Positions 9,166 to 17,672 of a DNA stretch of 64,000 nt are shown here, piece after piece. This DNA is from Gemmatimonadales bacterium. GTDB lineage: Bacteria; Gemmatimonadota; Gemmatimonadetes; Gemmatimonadales; GWC2-71-9. The notes under the pieces were generated by a model. That model was given only the letters and a program-made list of their open reading frames with translations, was not told the origin of the DNA and did no database searches. How positions within the stretch are numbered: the first letter of the stretch is position 1; each line of letters begins with the position of its first letter. The stretch is taken from positions 24,108 to 88,107 of the forward strand of contig JAICJD010000001.1 of the NCBI GenBank assembly GCA_025928645.1, written 5' to 3'. The position numbers and the translations under genes are program-made.

Positions 9166-10728
9166 CTACTGCTTCTCTTGTTTCTCCCTCTGCATGGCCC
9201 TCACCGCCGCGTGGATCAGCTCGCCAGCGGTGCTGCCGTGGCTCGGGAAGCAGGCCCAGCCCACGCTCACGTGCAGCGGAATGATCACGCCTTCGGCCGT
9301 CGTGGCCGACTGCTCGCCCAGCACGCGCCGGAGCTTGGCGGCGACGACGGCGGCGCCGTCGGCGCCGACTCCCCGCAGCACCATCGCGAATTCCTCGCCC
9401 CCGAATCGCCCGATGAGGTCGCTCGCGCGCACGTTCGCCCGGAACACGTTGGCGATGTGCCGCAGCACCTGGTCTCCGACCATGTGGCCGAACTGCTCGT
9501 TCACGTCATGGAAGCGGTCGAAGTCGAAAACCAGGAGTGACAGCGGGCCACCGTGCCGTCGGCCATAGTCCACCGCGTACTCCAGCTCGCCGACGATGGT
9601 GGAGTGATTGAGCAGGCCCGTCAACGGATCGCGGAGCAGCAGCTCTCGGAGCCGCCGTCCGCGCTCGGCGCGCACGACCACGGTCTGGAGCAGGAGGCCG
9701 TCGTCGGGCGGGATCGTGAGGTAGTCGTCGCCCCCGGCCTGGAGCGCCGAGACGCGCTCCCCGACGTCCTCGGGCCCGACGAAGACGATCGGCATCATGC
9801 GGAACCGCGGGTCCTCGCGGACGATCCGCGCCACCGTGGCGCCGCTCCCGTCGGGCAGCGTCGTGGCGAGCAGCATGAGGCCGGGCACCTCCCGGTCCAG
9901 CAGCTCCTGAACCGCCTGCGCGAGCGCGCAGCGCACGACGCGGACATTCGCCGCCTCGAGGCTCCGGGCCACGGCCGCGGCCCGCTCGGCGTCGTGCTCC
10001 ACGAGGAGGATGCTCGAGGGCGGCGCGCCCGCCTGCGCCAGCGTGCGGGCGTAGCGCGGCAGGTCGTCGATCATGCGCTCCACCGCCACCACGGCATCAA
10101 CGCCGGAGGCGATAGCCCGCAGCCGGTCCACCGCCCGCAGCGTCTCGATCAACACTACCGCGCGCGGCCGCGCCGCCCGCGCGGTCCAGGTGGATGCGAC
10201 CGCCGAAGGATCCCCCTCACCGGCCGCCGTGCCGATCACCAGCAGGTCCGGGCGCTCGCCCGGAGGGATCTCGGCCGGGTCATCCAGGCGGTGGCCCAAC
10301 CTGACCTCGTACCCCTCTGCCTCGAGCGCGGCGACCAGGCGGTCGACGTCCGCCGAGGGCGGCAGAATGAGCATGGCCCGCCGAGCCGCGCCGGCCGTGC
10401 GCGGCGGCCGGCCCAGCGCCGCCTGCGCCTGGCGAAACAACGCAGCCAGTCGGTCAACCGCCTTGTCCAGCCGCGGCGCTTCGCCCGGCGCGGGCTTGGT
10501 TCCCATCCACTGTTCCATCTCCCGGGCCACGACGCTGATCTCGGGAAACCCGTACGATCCCCCCGACCCGGCGAGCCGGTGAAAGCGCGTCTTGAGCGAC
10601 GCGGCTGCCTCCGGCCTGAGCGCGCGAAACGCCGAAATGTCGGCCCGCAGCTCGTCGAGCCGCTCGGGAAACTCCGCCAGATACTCGCGCCGAAGCTCGA
10701 CCAGCGCGTCGTCGAGAGGATCGGTCAT
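9166..10728 (-). CDS. HPt domain / two degenerate receiver-like domains / GGDEF diguanylate cyclase
   Basis: N-terminal HPt-like FHRLAGSGGSYGF. C-terminal GGDEF domain with an intact GGEEF, and an RxxD I-site (RASD) five residues upstream. The receiver-like segments lack the usual phospho-acceptor Asp (LLVIGTAAG; LMLLATTLPDGSG). The ATG overlaps the upstream stop (ATGA). Confidence 0.85.
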   Translation of the reverse strand: MTDPLDDALVELRREYLAEFPERLDELRADISAFRALRPEAAASLKTRFHRLAGSGGSYGFPEISVVAREMEQWMGTKPAPGEAPRLDKAVDRLAALFRQAQAALGRPPRTAGAARRAMLILPPSADVDRLVAALEAEGYEVRLGHRLDDPAEIPPGERPDLLVIGTAAGEGDPSAVASTWTARAARPRAVVLIETLRAVDRLRAIASGVDAVVAVERMIDDLPRYARTLAQAGAPPSSILLVEHDAERAAAVARSLEAANVRVVRCALAQAVQELLDREVPGLMLLATTLPDGSGATVARIVREDPRFRMMPIVFVGPEDVGERVSALQAGGDDYLTIPPDDGLLLQTVVVRAERGRRLRELLLRDPLTGLLNHSTIVGELEYAVDYGRRHGGPLSLLVFDFDRFHDVNEQFGHMVGDQVLRHIANVFRANVRASDLIGRFGGEEFAMVLRGVGADGAAVVAAKLRRVLGEQSATTAEGVIIPLHVSVGWACFPSHGSTAGELIHAAVRAMQREKQEKQ

Positions 10729-11411
10729 GGTCTGCCGCGAAAATGTTCGAGCGCGAGGCGCGCGCCCGCGACGAAGGCCGGCGCGGTGCTCCAGTGCCCG
10801 CGGACGTCAGCGCCCTGGCGCGCGGCCATGAGCGCACTCGTGTCGTCGACGACGCTGATGATAGGCATGCCCGGCCAGCGTTGCGTATCGGTCACGACCT
10901 CGACCACCGAAAAGCCGAGGTCCACGGCGCTCGTCGCGCAGAGAACGAGGGGAAGGCCGGCGGCGTATGGACGCCTCAGCGCGGGCGCGAGGAGCGGAAA
11001 CGCATCGGCGGGCGCGAGCAGCGCCACGGAGGCGGCGGCCCGGGTCACGTCATGGCTGATGAGCTGCAGCACCGCTCGGCCCGACTCGACCTCGACCAGC
11101 GTGGTTGTCGCCGGCACGGCGACGGCGTCGAGATCGCTGCTGAGCCGCTCCATCGCAAGGCCATGGTCGGTCGAGATACGGGCGATGAGCGCCGCCGGCG
11201 ATTCCGGCCGGTAACGCTTGGGGCGGCCCCCTTCGACCCGGGCGGCGCCCTTCGAGACCAGCCCCTCCAGCGCGCTGTAGGCGTTGGCCCGCGCCAGCCC
11301 AGCCGAACGGGCGATGGCGTAGCCGGTGCCGGGGCCACCGGTGAGCAGCACCTCGTACACGAGGCTTTCGGTCGGGGTGAAGCCGAAGTGGGTGAGGTTG
11401 ATGCGCGGCAT
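10725..11411 (-). CDS. TrmB-family (winged-helix) transcriptional regulator
   Basis: N-terminal LTHFGFTPTESLVYEVLLTGGPGTGYAIARSAGLARANAYSALEGLVSKGAA is typical of the TrmB HTH domain. It is translationally coupled to the GGDEF gene. Confidence 0.75.
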   Translation of the reverse strand: MPRINLTHFGFTPTESLVYEVLLTGGPGTGYAIARSAGLARANAYSALEGLVSKGAARVEGGRPKRYRPESPAALIARISTDHGLAMERLSSDLDAVAVPATTTLVEVESGRAVLQLISHDVTRAAASVALLAPADAFPLLAPALRRPYAAGLPLVLCATSAVDLGFSVVEVVTDTQRWPGMPIISVVDDTSALMAARQGADVRGHWSTAPAFVAGARLALEHFRGRP

Positions 11412-11464
11412 GGTGAGTAGTGTGGAATACTACGTCGGTTCACGCAATGCTGGACGCACGGCGC

Positions 11465-12409
11465 TCAGACGTAGTCGAGCGGCCAGCCCAGCAATTTCGC
11501 GATCAAAGCGAGCCGGAACGTGACATCGACCTCCCGTCCCTCGGTCGTCTTCGCGTCCACCTGCAGCGGGTAGTAGTGATAGCTGATCTTGTTGATGGCC
11601 TTCGGCTGAGAGCGCAGGTTCTTGGGCCGCCAGATTCCCACCTCGTCGCAGTCCTTGAGCAGCCGGCCGAGCACTCGGGACGCGACCGGAGCCCAAGGGA
11701 GCGCGCCCATCCGGGCCATGAGCTCGATGTAGTGGAGCGCCAAGGGGATGTCCTTGGGCTGGCTCTTGGCATCCGCCTCGATGGGGTCGCCCAGGAGCAG
11801 ATGCTGCGGCTTGACCGTGCGCTTTCCGACCTGGATGGCGTACGCCTTCTTCGGCGCGGGCTGAGCCAGGTAGTGCCCCAGCCGCTCGGTAAAGCCGGCG
11901 CGCTCCCGCTGCAGGTTCGGCATGGATGCCAGCATCGCCACGGAATACCAGCTCGGCGGGTGGGCCTCCGGATGCAGCACGAACTGGCTGCCGGATTTGA
12001 CGAACGGCTTCTCCGCGACGGGGCTGCGGAGGAACTGCGAGATGGCGTTGGCGATCTTGTGCCCCGAGCCCCGCAGCCGTGGATCGTCAGCGTAGCCGGC
12101 CTCCGCCAGAGCCGCGGACGCGGCTTCCCTCATGATGTCCCGCGCCCACAGCTCGGCACCGGGGTCCAGCTTGGCGGTCTTCTGGAACTCGAACAGGAGC
12201 GTCGGGTCCTCGTCACGGCTCAGGAGCCGGAACAGCACCCGATCGGCCAGCTTGAACGGGCGGCTCGACCGCGGCCACCCCAGCTGGAGCAGCCGCCGGT
12301 ACTGCGGGATCGTTCCGGCGTCCTTGATGCCCTGGGCCGGTGAGGGCGCCAGACCGAGGAGATTGCCGCTCCACACCCCCGAATCCTTCTGCTTCTTGAC
12401 GAGCACCAC
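11465..12409 (-). CDS. Hypothetical protein; the frame stays open upstream to 12673 with no ATG/GTG/TTG codon
   Basis: Protein-like composition over 314 codons from the GTG at 12407-12409. The same frame reads through a further 88 protein-like codons (…FLDLPNQHRIPLTWLLENAGPSIRYRTYTEL…) up to a TAG at 12674-12676. One QxxxGxW (QW-like) element, QKDSGVW. I recognise no family. Confidence 0.5.
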   Translation of the reverse strand: MVLVKKQKDSGVWSGNLLGLAPSPAQGIKDAGTIPQYRRLLQLGWPRSSRPFKLADRVLFRLLSRDEDPTLLFEFQKTAKLDPGAELWARDIMREAASAALAEAGYADDPRLRGSGHKIANAISQFLRSPVAEKPFVKSGSQFVLHPEAHPPSWYSVAMLASMPNLQRERAGFTERLGHYLAQPAPKKAYAIQVGKRTVKPQHLLLGDPIEADAKSQPKDIPLALHYIELMARMGALPWAPVASRVLGRLLKDCDEVGIWRPKNLRSQPKAINKISYHYYPLQVDAKTTEGREVDVTFRLALIAKLLGWPLDYV

Positions 12410-12673
12410 TGCGGTCTTGGACTCGACTACCGCGGTCAGCGCGGCGGCGATGGTATCGGGCGCGGCATACCCGGCCGGGGCGAGCTCGGTGTAGGTGCGA
12501 TACCGGATCGACGGCCCGGCGTTTTCGAGCAGCCAGGTGAGCGGAATCCGGTGTTGGTTGGGCAGATCCAGAAACGCTCCTGGGGCGGGGGTCAGGGCGT
12601 AAGCGGCCGGGAAGATAGGCGAGACCGCCGGACGGCGGTAGGGCGGCGCCCGGCGGGTTGTCTCTCTCTGAGG

Positions 12674-13339
12674 CTACTCTGTCGACACCGAGGTTCGTTT
12701 CTGGCCGGCCGCACGGAACTCCGAGCCAGATCTCCACTTGGGCTGCTCGCGGGCCGTGCCGATGAGCAGTGCTGCCCGGACGATGACGCGTAACTGTTGA
12801 ACGGCCCCCTCGTAGTTGAACCACGGCTGGACCTCCAGGCGAACCTGTGGTCCGACCCATCCCGAGAGCACGGTCGTCCATGGATACGTCGCGCTCTCGG
12901 TGGTGTGGACCATCAGAATGCCGGCGGCGCCCTGGCGCTGCGCCTCTTCGATCTTGTAGGTCCAGCGCCCGTAGTACGTCAGAATCTTGCCGCGGAAGAT
13001 GGTCGAGTCCTGGAGCCCGGAGTCGTTGACCAGGACGACCACGATCTTTCCCTTGGCGTCGAGGCCGGCATAGTCGTTCCACCCGTATTCCGGAGCGACG
13101 ATGCCGTACCCCGCGAAGACCGCCGGAGACCGTCAGCTTCGGCTCGGGCGTCAGGGCGATGATGGGCACTCGCTGGAAGCAGGTGCCGCTGTCGCCGGCA
13201 GGCTCGAGCCCCAGCCGTTCGAACTGGCTCGCGGTGTACCTGGCGGCCGTTCTGCCGCCTCGCGTACCGGGCGCGCGCCTTCGAGCGCATCGTCGGCGAG
13301 GAATTCGAGGTGCGCTCGCAGCACGCGCGGGTCCACCGC
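12674..13339 (-). pseudogene. Decayed M28-family peptidase with PA domain: two or more frameshifts, internal deletion of the catalytic core, 5' truncation
   Basis: Three collinear pieces lie in three frames: AVDPRVLRAHLEFLADDALEG | RAPGTRGGRTAARYTASQFERLGLEPAGDSGTCFQRVPIIALTPEPKLTVS | PAVFAGYGIVAPEYGWNDYAGLDAKGKIVVVLVNDSG...YYGRWTYKIEEAQRQGAAGILMVH. The sequence then jumps directly to a C-terminal-type tail (GAVQQLRVIVRAALLIGTAREQPKWRSGSEFRAAG). No zinc-ligand region (H/D/E/E/H) remains and there is no signal peptide or start. Confidence 0.7.
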
Positions 13340-13340
13340 C

Positions 13341-14090
13341 CTACAGCCGGAGACGCTTGAAGACTCGTTCGGGAATAGCACGGACCACGAGCATGATGGG
13401 CCGCCAGAACCAGGGCACGTAGGCGACGTCGCGCCGGCGCTCGATCGCACGGTAGACGGCCCTGCCCGCCCGGCGGGCGCTCACGAAGAGGGGCCCCTGG
13501 TCCATGGCCGAGGTCATCGGGGTGTCCACGAACCCGGGCTTCAGCGTCACGACAGCGACCCCGGACCGGTGCAGGCGGTTCCGAAGGCCCTGAAGAAACC
13601 GATCCAGTCCGCCTTTCGCCGCGCCGTACACATAGTTGCTCTGACGGCCGCGGTCGCCCGCCACCGACCCGATCACCGCGATGCAGCCCCGGCCCGCGGC
13701 CCCGAAGCGGTTGGCGAGTGGCGTCAGCAGGGCCACGATTCCGACCAAGTTGACATCGAGCGCCGCGACGGCCGCCGCTCCGTCAGCCTCACAGCGGAGC
13801 TGATCGGGCAGAACGCCCGCGGCGAGCAGAGCGACATCGAATCCGCCGAAGGCGGTCCACGCCTGGTCGATCACGGCCGTGCCCCCCGCGTGGTCGGTGA
13901 CGTCCAGCGTCAGGGCACGGACCTCGGCGGCGCCGCGCACGCGAAGATCGGCCGCCACGGCCTCGCCCCGCTCCGGGGTGCGCGCCGTGACCACCAGGCG
14001 GGCGCCCCGCTCCGCATAGGCGCGCGCCGTCTCGGTCGCGATCGCCGAGCTGGCGCCGACGACGAGGACTCGGAGGCCGTCAGGCCGCAC
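13341..14090 (-). CDS. SDR-family reductase, DprE2-like (decaprenylphospho-erythro-pentofuranosid-2-ulose 2-reductase type)
   Basis: Rossmann segment VLVVGASSAIA and the YxxxK motif (YGAAKGGL). The C-terminal tail YVPWFWRPIMLVVRAIPERVFKRLRL parallels the mycobacterial DprE2 tail as I recall it (…[21 protein letters not shown]). Its start overlaps the DprE1-like gene by 11 nt. Confidence 0.8.
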   Translation of the reverse strand: MRPDGLRVLVVGASSAIATETARAYAERGARLVVTARTPERGEAVAADLRVRGAAEVRALTLDVTDHAGGTAVIDQAWTAFGGFDVALLAAGVLPDQLRCEADGAAAVAALDVNLVGIVALLTPLANRFGAAGRGCIAVIGSVAGDRGRQSNYVYGAAKGGLDRFLQGLRNRLHRSGVAVVTLKPGFVDTPMTSAMDQGPLFVSARRAGRAVYRAIERRRDVAYVPWFWRPIMLVVRAIPERVFKRLRL

Positions 14091-15384
14091 GAACCCGCCG
14101 CCAGAAGGAGGAGGAGAACCGGGGATCCCGCTGGGTCTCGAGTCGCTCGGCGGCGGGAAAGAACGCGCGGAAGCTCGCCGGACTCATCCGGGCATCCTTG
14201 GCAGGGTATACCGCCCCGCCGGCCGCCGCGACCACCGCGTCCAGCTCATCGAGCAGTCTCAACGTCGAGGCGCCCCGGAAGGGGAAGTCCACCGCCAGCG
14301 TGAGGCCCGGACGCGGGAATGACAGCCAGCCGGGCGATCCGAGATCGCCGAAGCGCTTGAGGACGGCAAGCGAAGCGGCCTCGCCCGACCCGGCGATGCG
14401 ATCGAATACCGTCCTGATGGCCTCGCCGTTCGGCGTGTCGGGCACGACGCACTGATACTGTACGAACCCTTTGGGGCCGTAGAGGCGGGTCCATTCCCCG
14501 ACGGCGTCGAGCGGAAAGAAGAACGGCGCGTAGGGCACGGTCGCGCGGCGCCGGGCGCGGAGCCCGGCACGATAGTACGCCTCGTTGAACAGCCTCATCG
14601 TGAAGGCGTTCACCAGGCCGCCCGGCGCGTCCATGGGCACCCGGAGACGTTGGGCTTCCAGCGGCGAGGGCGCCGTGCGCTCGAGCGGCGCATGGTCGCC
14701 GCGTAGATAGACGCCCCGGCCCAGACGGCGCCCGCGCGCGAGGCAATCCACCCAGGCCACCGTATACTCGAAGCGAGCGTCCTCGGCGGCCAGCTCCAGG
14801 AACCCATTCAGGTCGGGAAACCGGATGCGTTCCATCGCGATGCCGGCTCCGGGCACCCGCTTGAGCGCGATCTCAGCCCACAGAATGACCCCGGTGAGTC
14901 CGAGCCCGCCGACCGTGGACTGAAAGATGGGATCGGCGGGTGTGCAGGTGATGCGCTCGCCGCTCGAGCGAAGCAGCTCGAGCCGGGTGACGTGCGCGCC
15001 GAACGTGCCGGCGCGGTGATGATTCTTGCCGTGGATGTCGTTCGCGATCGCGCCGCCCACCGAGACCCAGCGGGTGCCCGGCACGACAGGCAGGAACCAG
15101 CCGCGCGGCACCACCAAGTCCAGGATCTGCGCCAGGGTAACGCCGGCCTCGCAGCACAGCAGCCCTCGCTCACCGTCGAACGAGATCAGCCGGTCGAGCC
15201 GCCGCACGTCGAGCAGCACGCCGCCGTCGTTGAGGCAGCTGTCGCCGTAGCTCCGGCCACAGGCGTAGGCGAGGAGTGGGCCCCGCGCGCGCTCGAGCGG
15301 CGGCGGGTCGGACCGCCAGACGACGGGCACCACGGCCGCCGGCGTGGCCTCGGGGTAGCGCCCCCAGGATCGGTAGGCGCGCAC
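14080..15384 (-). CDS. FAD-binding oxidoreductase, DprE1-like (decaprenylphosphoryl-beta-D-ribose 2'-oxidase type)
   Basis: [33 protein letters not shown] and [13 protein letters not shown] match the DprE1 FAD-binding core as I recall it. The C-terminal [15 protein letters not shown] and YPAKDARMS also match. Start set to the GTG at 15382-15384 ([11 protein letters not shown], compare LTGWGRTAP), 1 nt after the UbiA stop. Confidence 0.85.
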   Translation of the reverse strand: [434 protein letters not shown]

Positions 15385-15385
15385 G

Positions 15386-16327
15386 CTAGAGGGCGAGATA
15401 GAGCACCACGGCCACCAGGGCGCCCACCGCGTAGCTCGAGGGGTCGCGCACCGTCGCCACGATCGGGTCATCGTGCACGCGGCCGCGATACGCCAGGAGC
15501 CACATCCGGCCGATCCAGAACAGGAGCAGCGGGCAGATGAGCCACAGCGCCAGCGGCCGGCGGTACAGCGCCACCACCTGCTCGCTGTTGATGTAGAGCG
15601 CGAGCACCAGCACGCTCAGGTAGCCGCTCGCGCCGCCCATCGAGCCCAGCCACTCGCGGTCGGCGCGCAGGTACCCGCGCCGGCGGACCTGCTCGGTCGG
15701 AGCGCCGTCCATCGCGCTCACCTCGGTGTAGCGCTTGAGGAAGGCGAGGCTCAGGAACAGGAAGGTCGAGAAGGCGAGTAGCCAGGTCGAGAACCGCACG
15801 TCCGCGGCCGCGATCCCGGCGAGCACCCGAAGCGTGTACAGGCCGGCGAGCAGCAGGACGTCCAGCACGGCGACGCGCTTCAGGTAGAGCGAGTACGCGG
15901 CGGTCAGCACGACGTAGACGGCGAGCAGCGCGACGAACGACGCCGGCAGGGTTCCCCAGCTCAGCGCGAAGCCGATCGCGAGCAGCACGGGCGCGAAGAC
16001 GAGGCCGAACGTCGGACTCAGGAGCCCCGCCGCGAACGGCCGGAAACGTTTGGTGGCATGCCGGCGGTCGGCCTCGAGATCCACGATATCGTTGAGCACG
16101 TACGCGCTCGACGCCGCGCAACAGAACGCCGCGAAGGCGGTGGCGGCGTGGAGCATCGACTCGACGTGGGTAATCTTGTGGTCGAGCACCACCGGAACGA
16201 ACACGAGCAGGTTCTTGACCCACTGGTGCGGCCGCATGGCGCGGACGACGGCCAGCACGCGCGTGCCGGGGCCCGGAGCGGCGATGTCGGCCGTGGCCAG
16301 GGGAGAGGCTCCCAGCGGATCAGGCAC
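15386..16327 (-). CDS. UbiA-family polyprenyl-phosphate 5-phosphoribosyltransferase (Rv3806c-like)
   Basis: AMRPHQWVKNLLVF and SSAYVLNDIVDLEADRRHATKRFRPFAAG closely parallel decaprenyl-phosphate phosphoribosyltransferase. Multiple TM segments. Start set to the GTG at 16325-16327, which overlaps the upstream stop; the longer track ORF is Arg/Pro/Ser-rich. Confidence 0.85.
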   Translation of the reverse strand: MPDPLGASPLATADIAAPGPGTRVLAVVRAMRPHQWVKNLLVFVPVVLDHKITHVESMLHAATAFAAFCCAASSAYVLNDIVDLEADRRHATKRFRPFAAGLLSPTFGLVFAPVLLAIGFALSWGTLPASFVALLAVYVVLTAAYSLYLKRVAVLDVLLLAGLYTLRVLAGIAAADVRFSTWLLAFSTFLFLSLAFLKRYTEVSAMDGAPTEQVRRRGYLRADREWLGSMGGASGYLSVLVLALYINSEQVVALYRRPLALWLICPLLLFWIGRMWLLAYRGRVHDDPIVATVRDPSSYAVGALVAVVLYLAL

Positions 16328-17669
16328 GTGGCATCCCCCGGAGCCGGAAGGCGGAGGCCTCCGCGAAGCGCGCGCTACGCACGCCGAGGCCGGCAAGGAC
16401 CGCGTCGGCGGTCTCGAGCCCCGAGCCGAGGGCGGTCCCCGTGGAGACGATGGACGGAAAGGCGCGGTAGTTCCCTGCGAAGTACACGTTCTCCCACGAT
16501 GCGCTCCGGATGGGCGGATTCCGGAAGCTGCGCCCGAAGACCGGCGAGTACATGGGCACCCGCGCGACATTGGTCCAGAACGGCGTCAGCTCGGTTCCGA
16601 ATACGGCCCGGAAGTCGTCGGCATAGCGGGCCAGCAGCTCGCCGTCGGGAGCGTGGAACAGCGGCCGATCCCGGCCCCTTAAATGGGTCACGAAGTTCAC
16701 GCAGGTATCGCCAGGCGCGCCGATCGTCGGGTTCAGCGCGCTGAGCAGGAAAATGCCACAGGCGGTGCGGTCGAGCGAGGCCAGGTTGATCCAGTACGCC
16801 CGTGGGTCGATCGGCTGCCGCGTAGCGCAGATGACCGAGATCAGGGCGGAGTAGGCGATCCGCTCCAGCTCGGGCGTGTGGTCTCCCGGCACGAGCCGAC
16901 GGTAGATCTCGGTCGGAATCGTGCTCACGAAGAGGTCCGCCGGGAGCCGCTCGCCAGTGCTCAGCTCGGCCTCGACGACGCGTCCCCCTGACGTGGCGAG
17001 CCGCTGCACCGTCGACCTGAGCCGCACTTTGACGCCGTGCTCCTCGAGCAGCCGCGCCACGCCGTCGCACAGCACCGTGGTCCAGTTGGTGCCGGGAATG
17101 TAGCCCAGCGGCGCCGAGCCTTCGCGGAAGTGGAGCCGCGCGCCCAGCCAGGCGCCACTCACCGCGTCGCACGGCAGCTCGAACTTGAGCCGGGTGAGCC
17201 GCTCGAACAGCGCCGTGCGCGCCCCCGCGCCGGCGTACGTGTCCACCAGCTCGGCGGCGCTCCGATCCTGCCAGTCGGACCAGTCGCGCTTGCGGAAGGC
17301 GGTCAACATGAGCCGGACAAAGCCGGCCTTGTCGCGCAGCCGCATGGGGAAGCCGAGAAACCCGCCCGGCGTGCCCAGGTCGTAGCTCCGGCCGCCCAGG
17401 TCGAACAGCATCCGAACCCGGCGCCAGCGCACGCGCGGCAGCGCGCCGATCCGATCGAGGAAGTGCAGCAGCACCCGGTCGCGGTGCAGGATGTGATGGT
17501 AGCCCAGCGGATAGAAATGGCCGTCCCGCTCGAAGCTTCCGGCCAGGCCGCCCAGCGTGTCGCCCCGCTCGACGACCGTGATGTCGCTCACCCCGCCAAG
17601 CGCGAGCGCGTAGGCCGCCGCCGCGCCCGACAGCCCACCCCCGAGAACGACGACCGCGGGTCCGCTCAC
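16320..17669 (-). CDS. NAD(P)/FAD-dependent oxidoreductase (amine-oxidase / phytoene-desaturase-like fold)
   Basis: N-terminal dinucleotide-binding VVVLGGGLSGAAAAYAL...VVERGDTLGG and C-terminal FAGNY...GTALGSG. It is coupled to the UbiA gene by overlap. Confidence 0.75.
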   Translation of the reverse strand: MSGPAVVVLGGGLSGAAAAYALALGGVSDITVVERGDTLGGLAGSFERDGHFYPLGYHHILHRDRVLLHFLDRIGALPRVRWRRVRMLFDLGGRSYDLGTPGGFLGFPMRLRDKAGFVRLMLTAFRKRDWSDWQDRSAAELVDTYAGAGARTALFERLTRLKFELPCDAVSGAWLGARLHFREGSAPLGYIPGTNWTTVLCDGVARLLEEHGVKVRLRSTVQRLATSGGRVVEAELSTGERLPADLFVSTIPTEIYRRLVPGDHTPELERIAYSALISVICATRQPIDPRAYWINLASLDRTACGIFLLSALNPTIGAPGDTCVNFVTHLRGRDRPLFHAPDGELLARYADDFRAVFGTELTPFWTNVARVPMYSPVFGRSFRNPPIRSASWENVYFAGNYRAFPSIVSTGTALGSGLETADAVLAGLGVRSARFAEASAFRLRGMPRA

Positions 17670-17672
17670 GCC

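Noticed and set aside
9097-9568. Plus-strand ORFs 9097-9540 and 9116-9568, which start inside or just after the palindrome.
   Set aside because: They are antisense to the GGDEF domain gene, and the start codon is part of the inverted-repeat arm. The composition is not protein-like.
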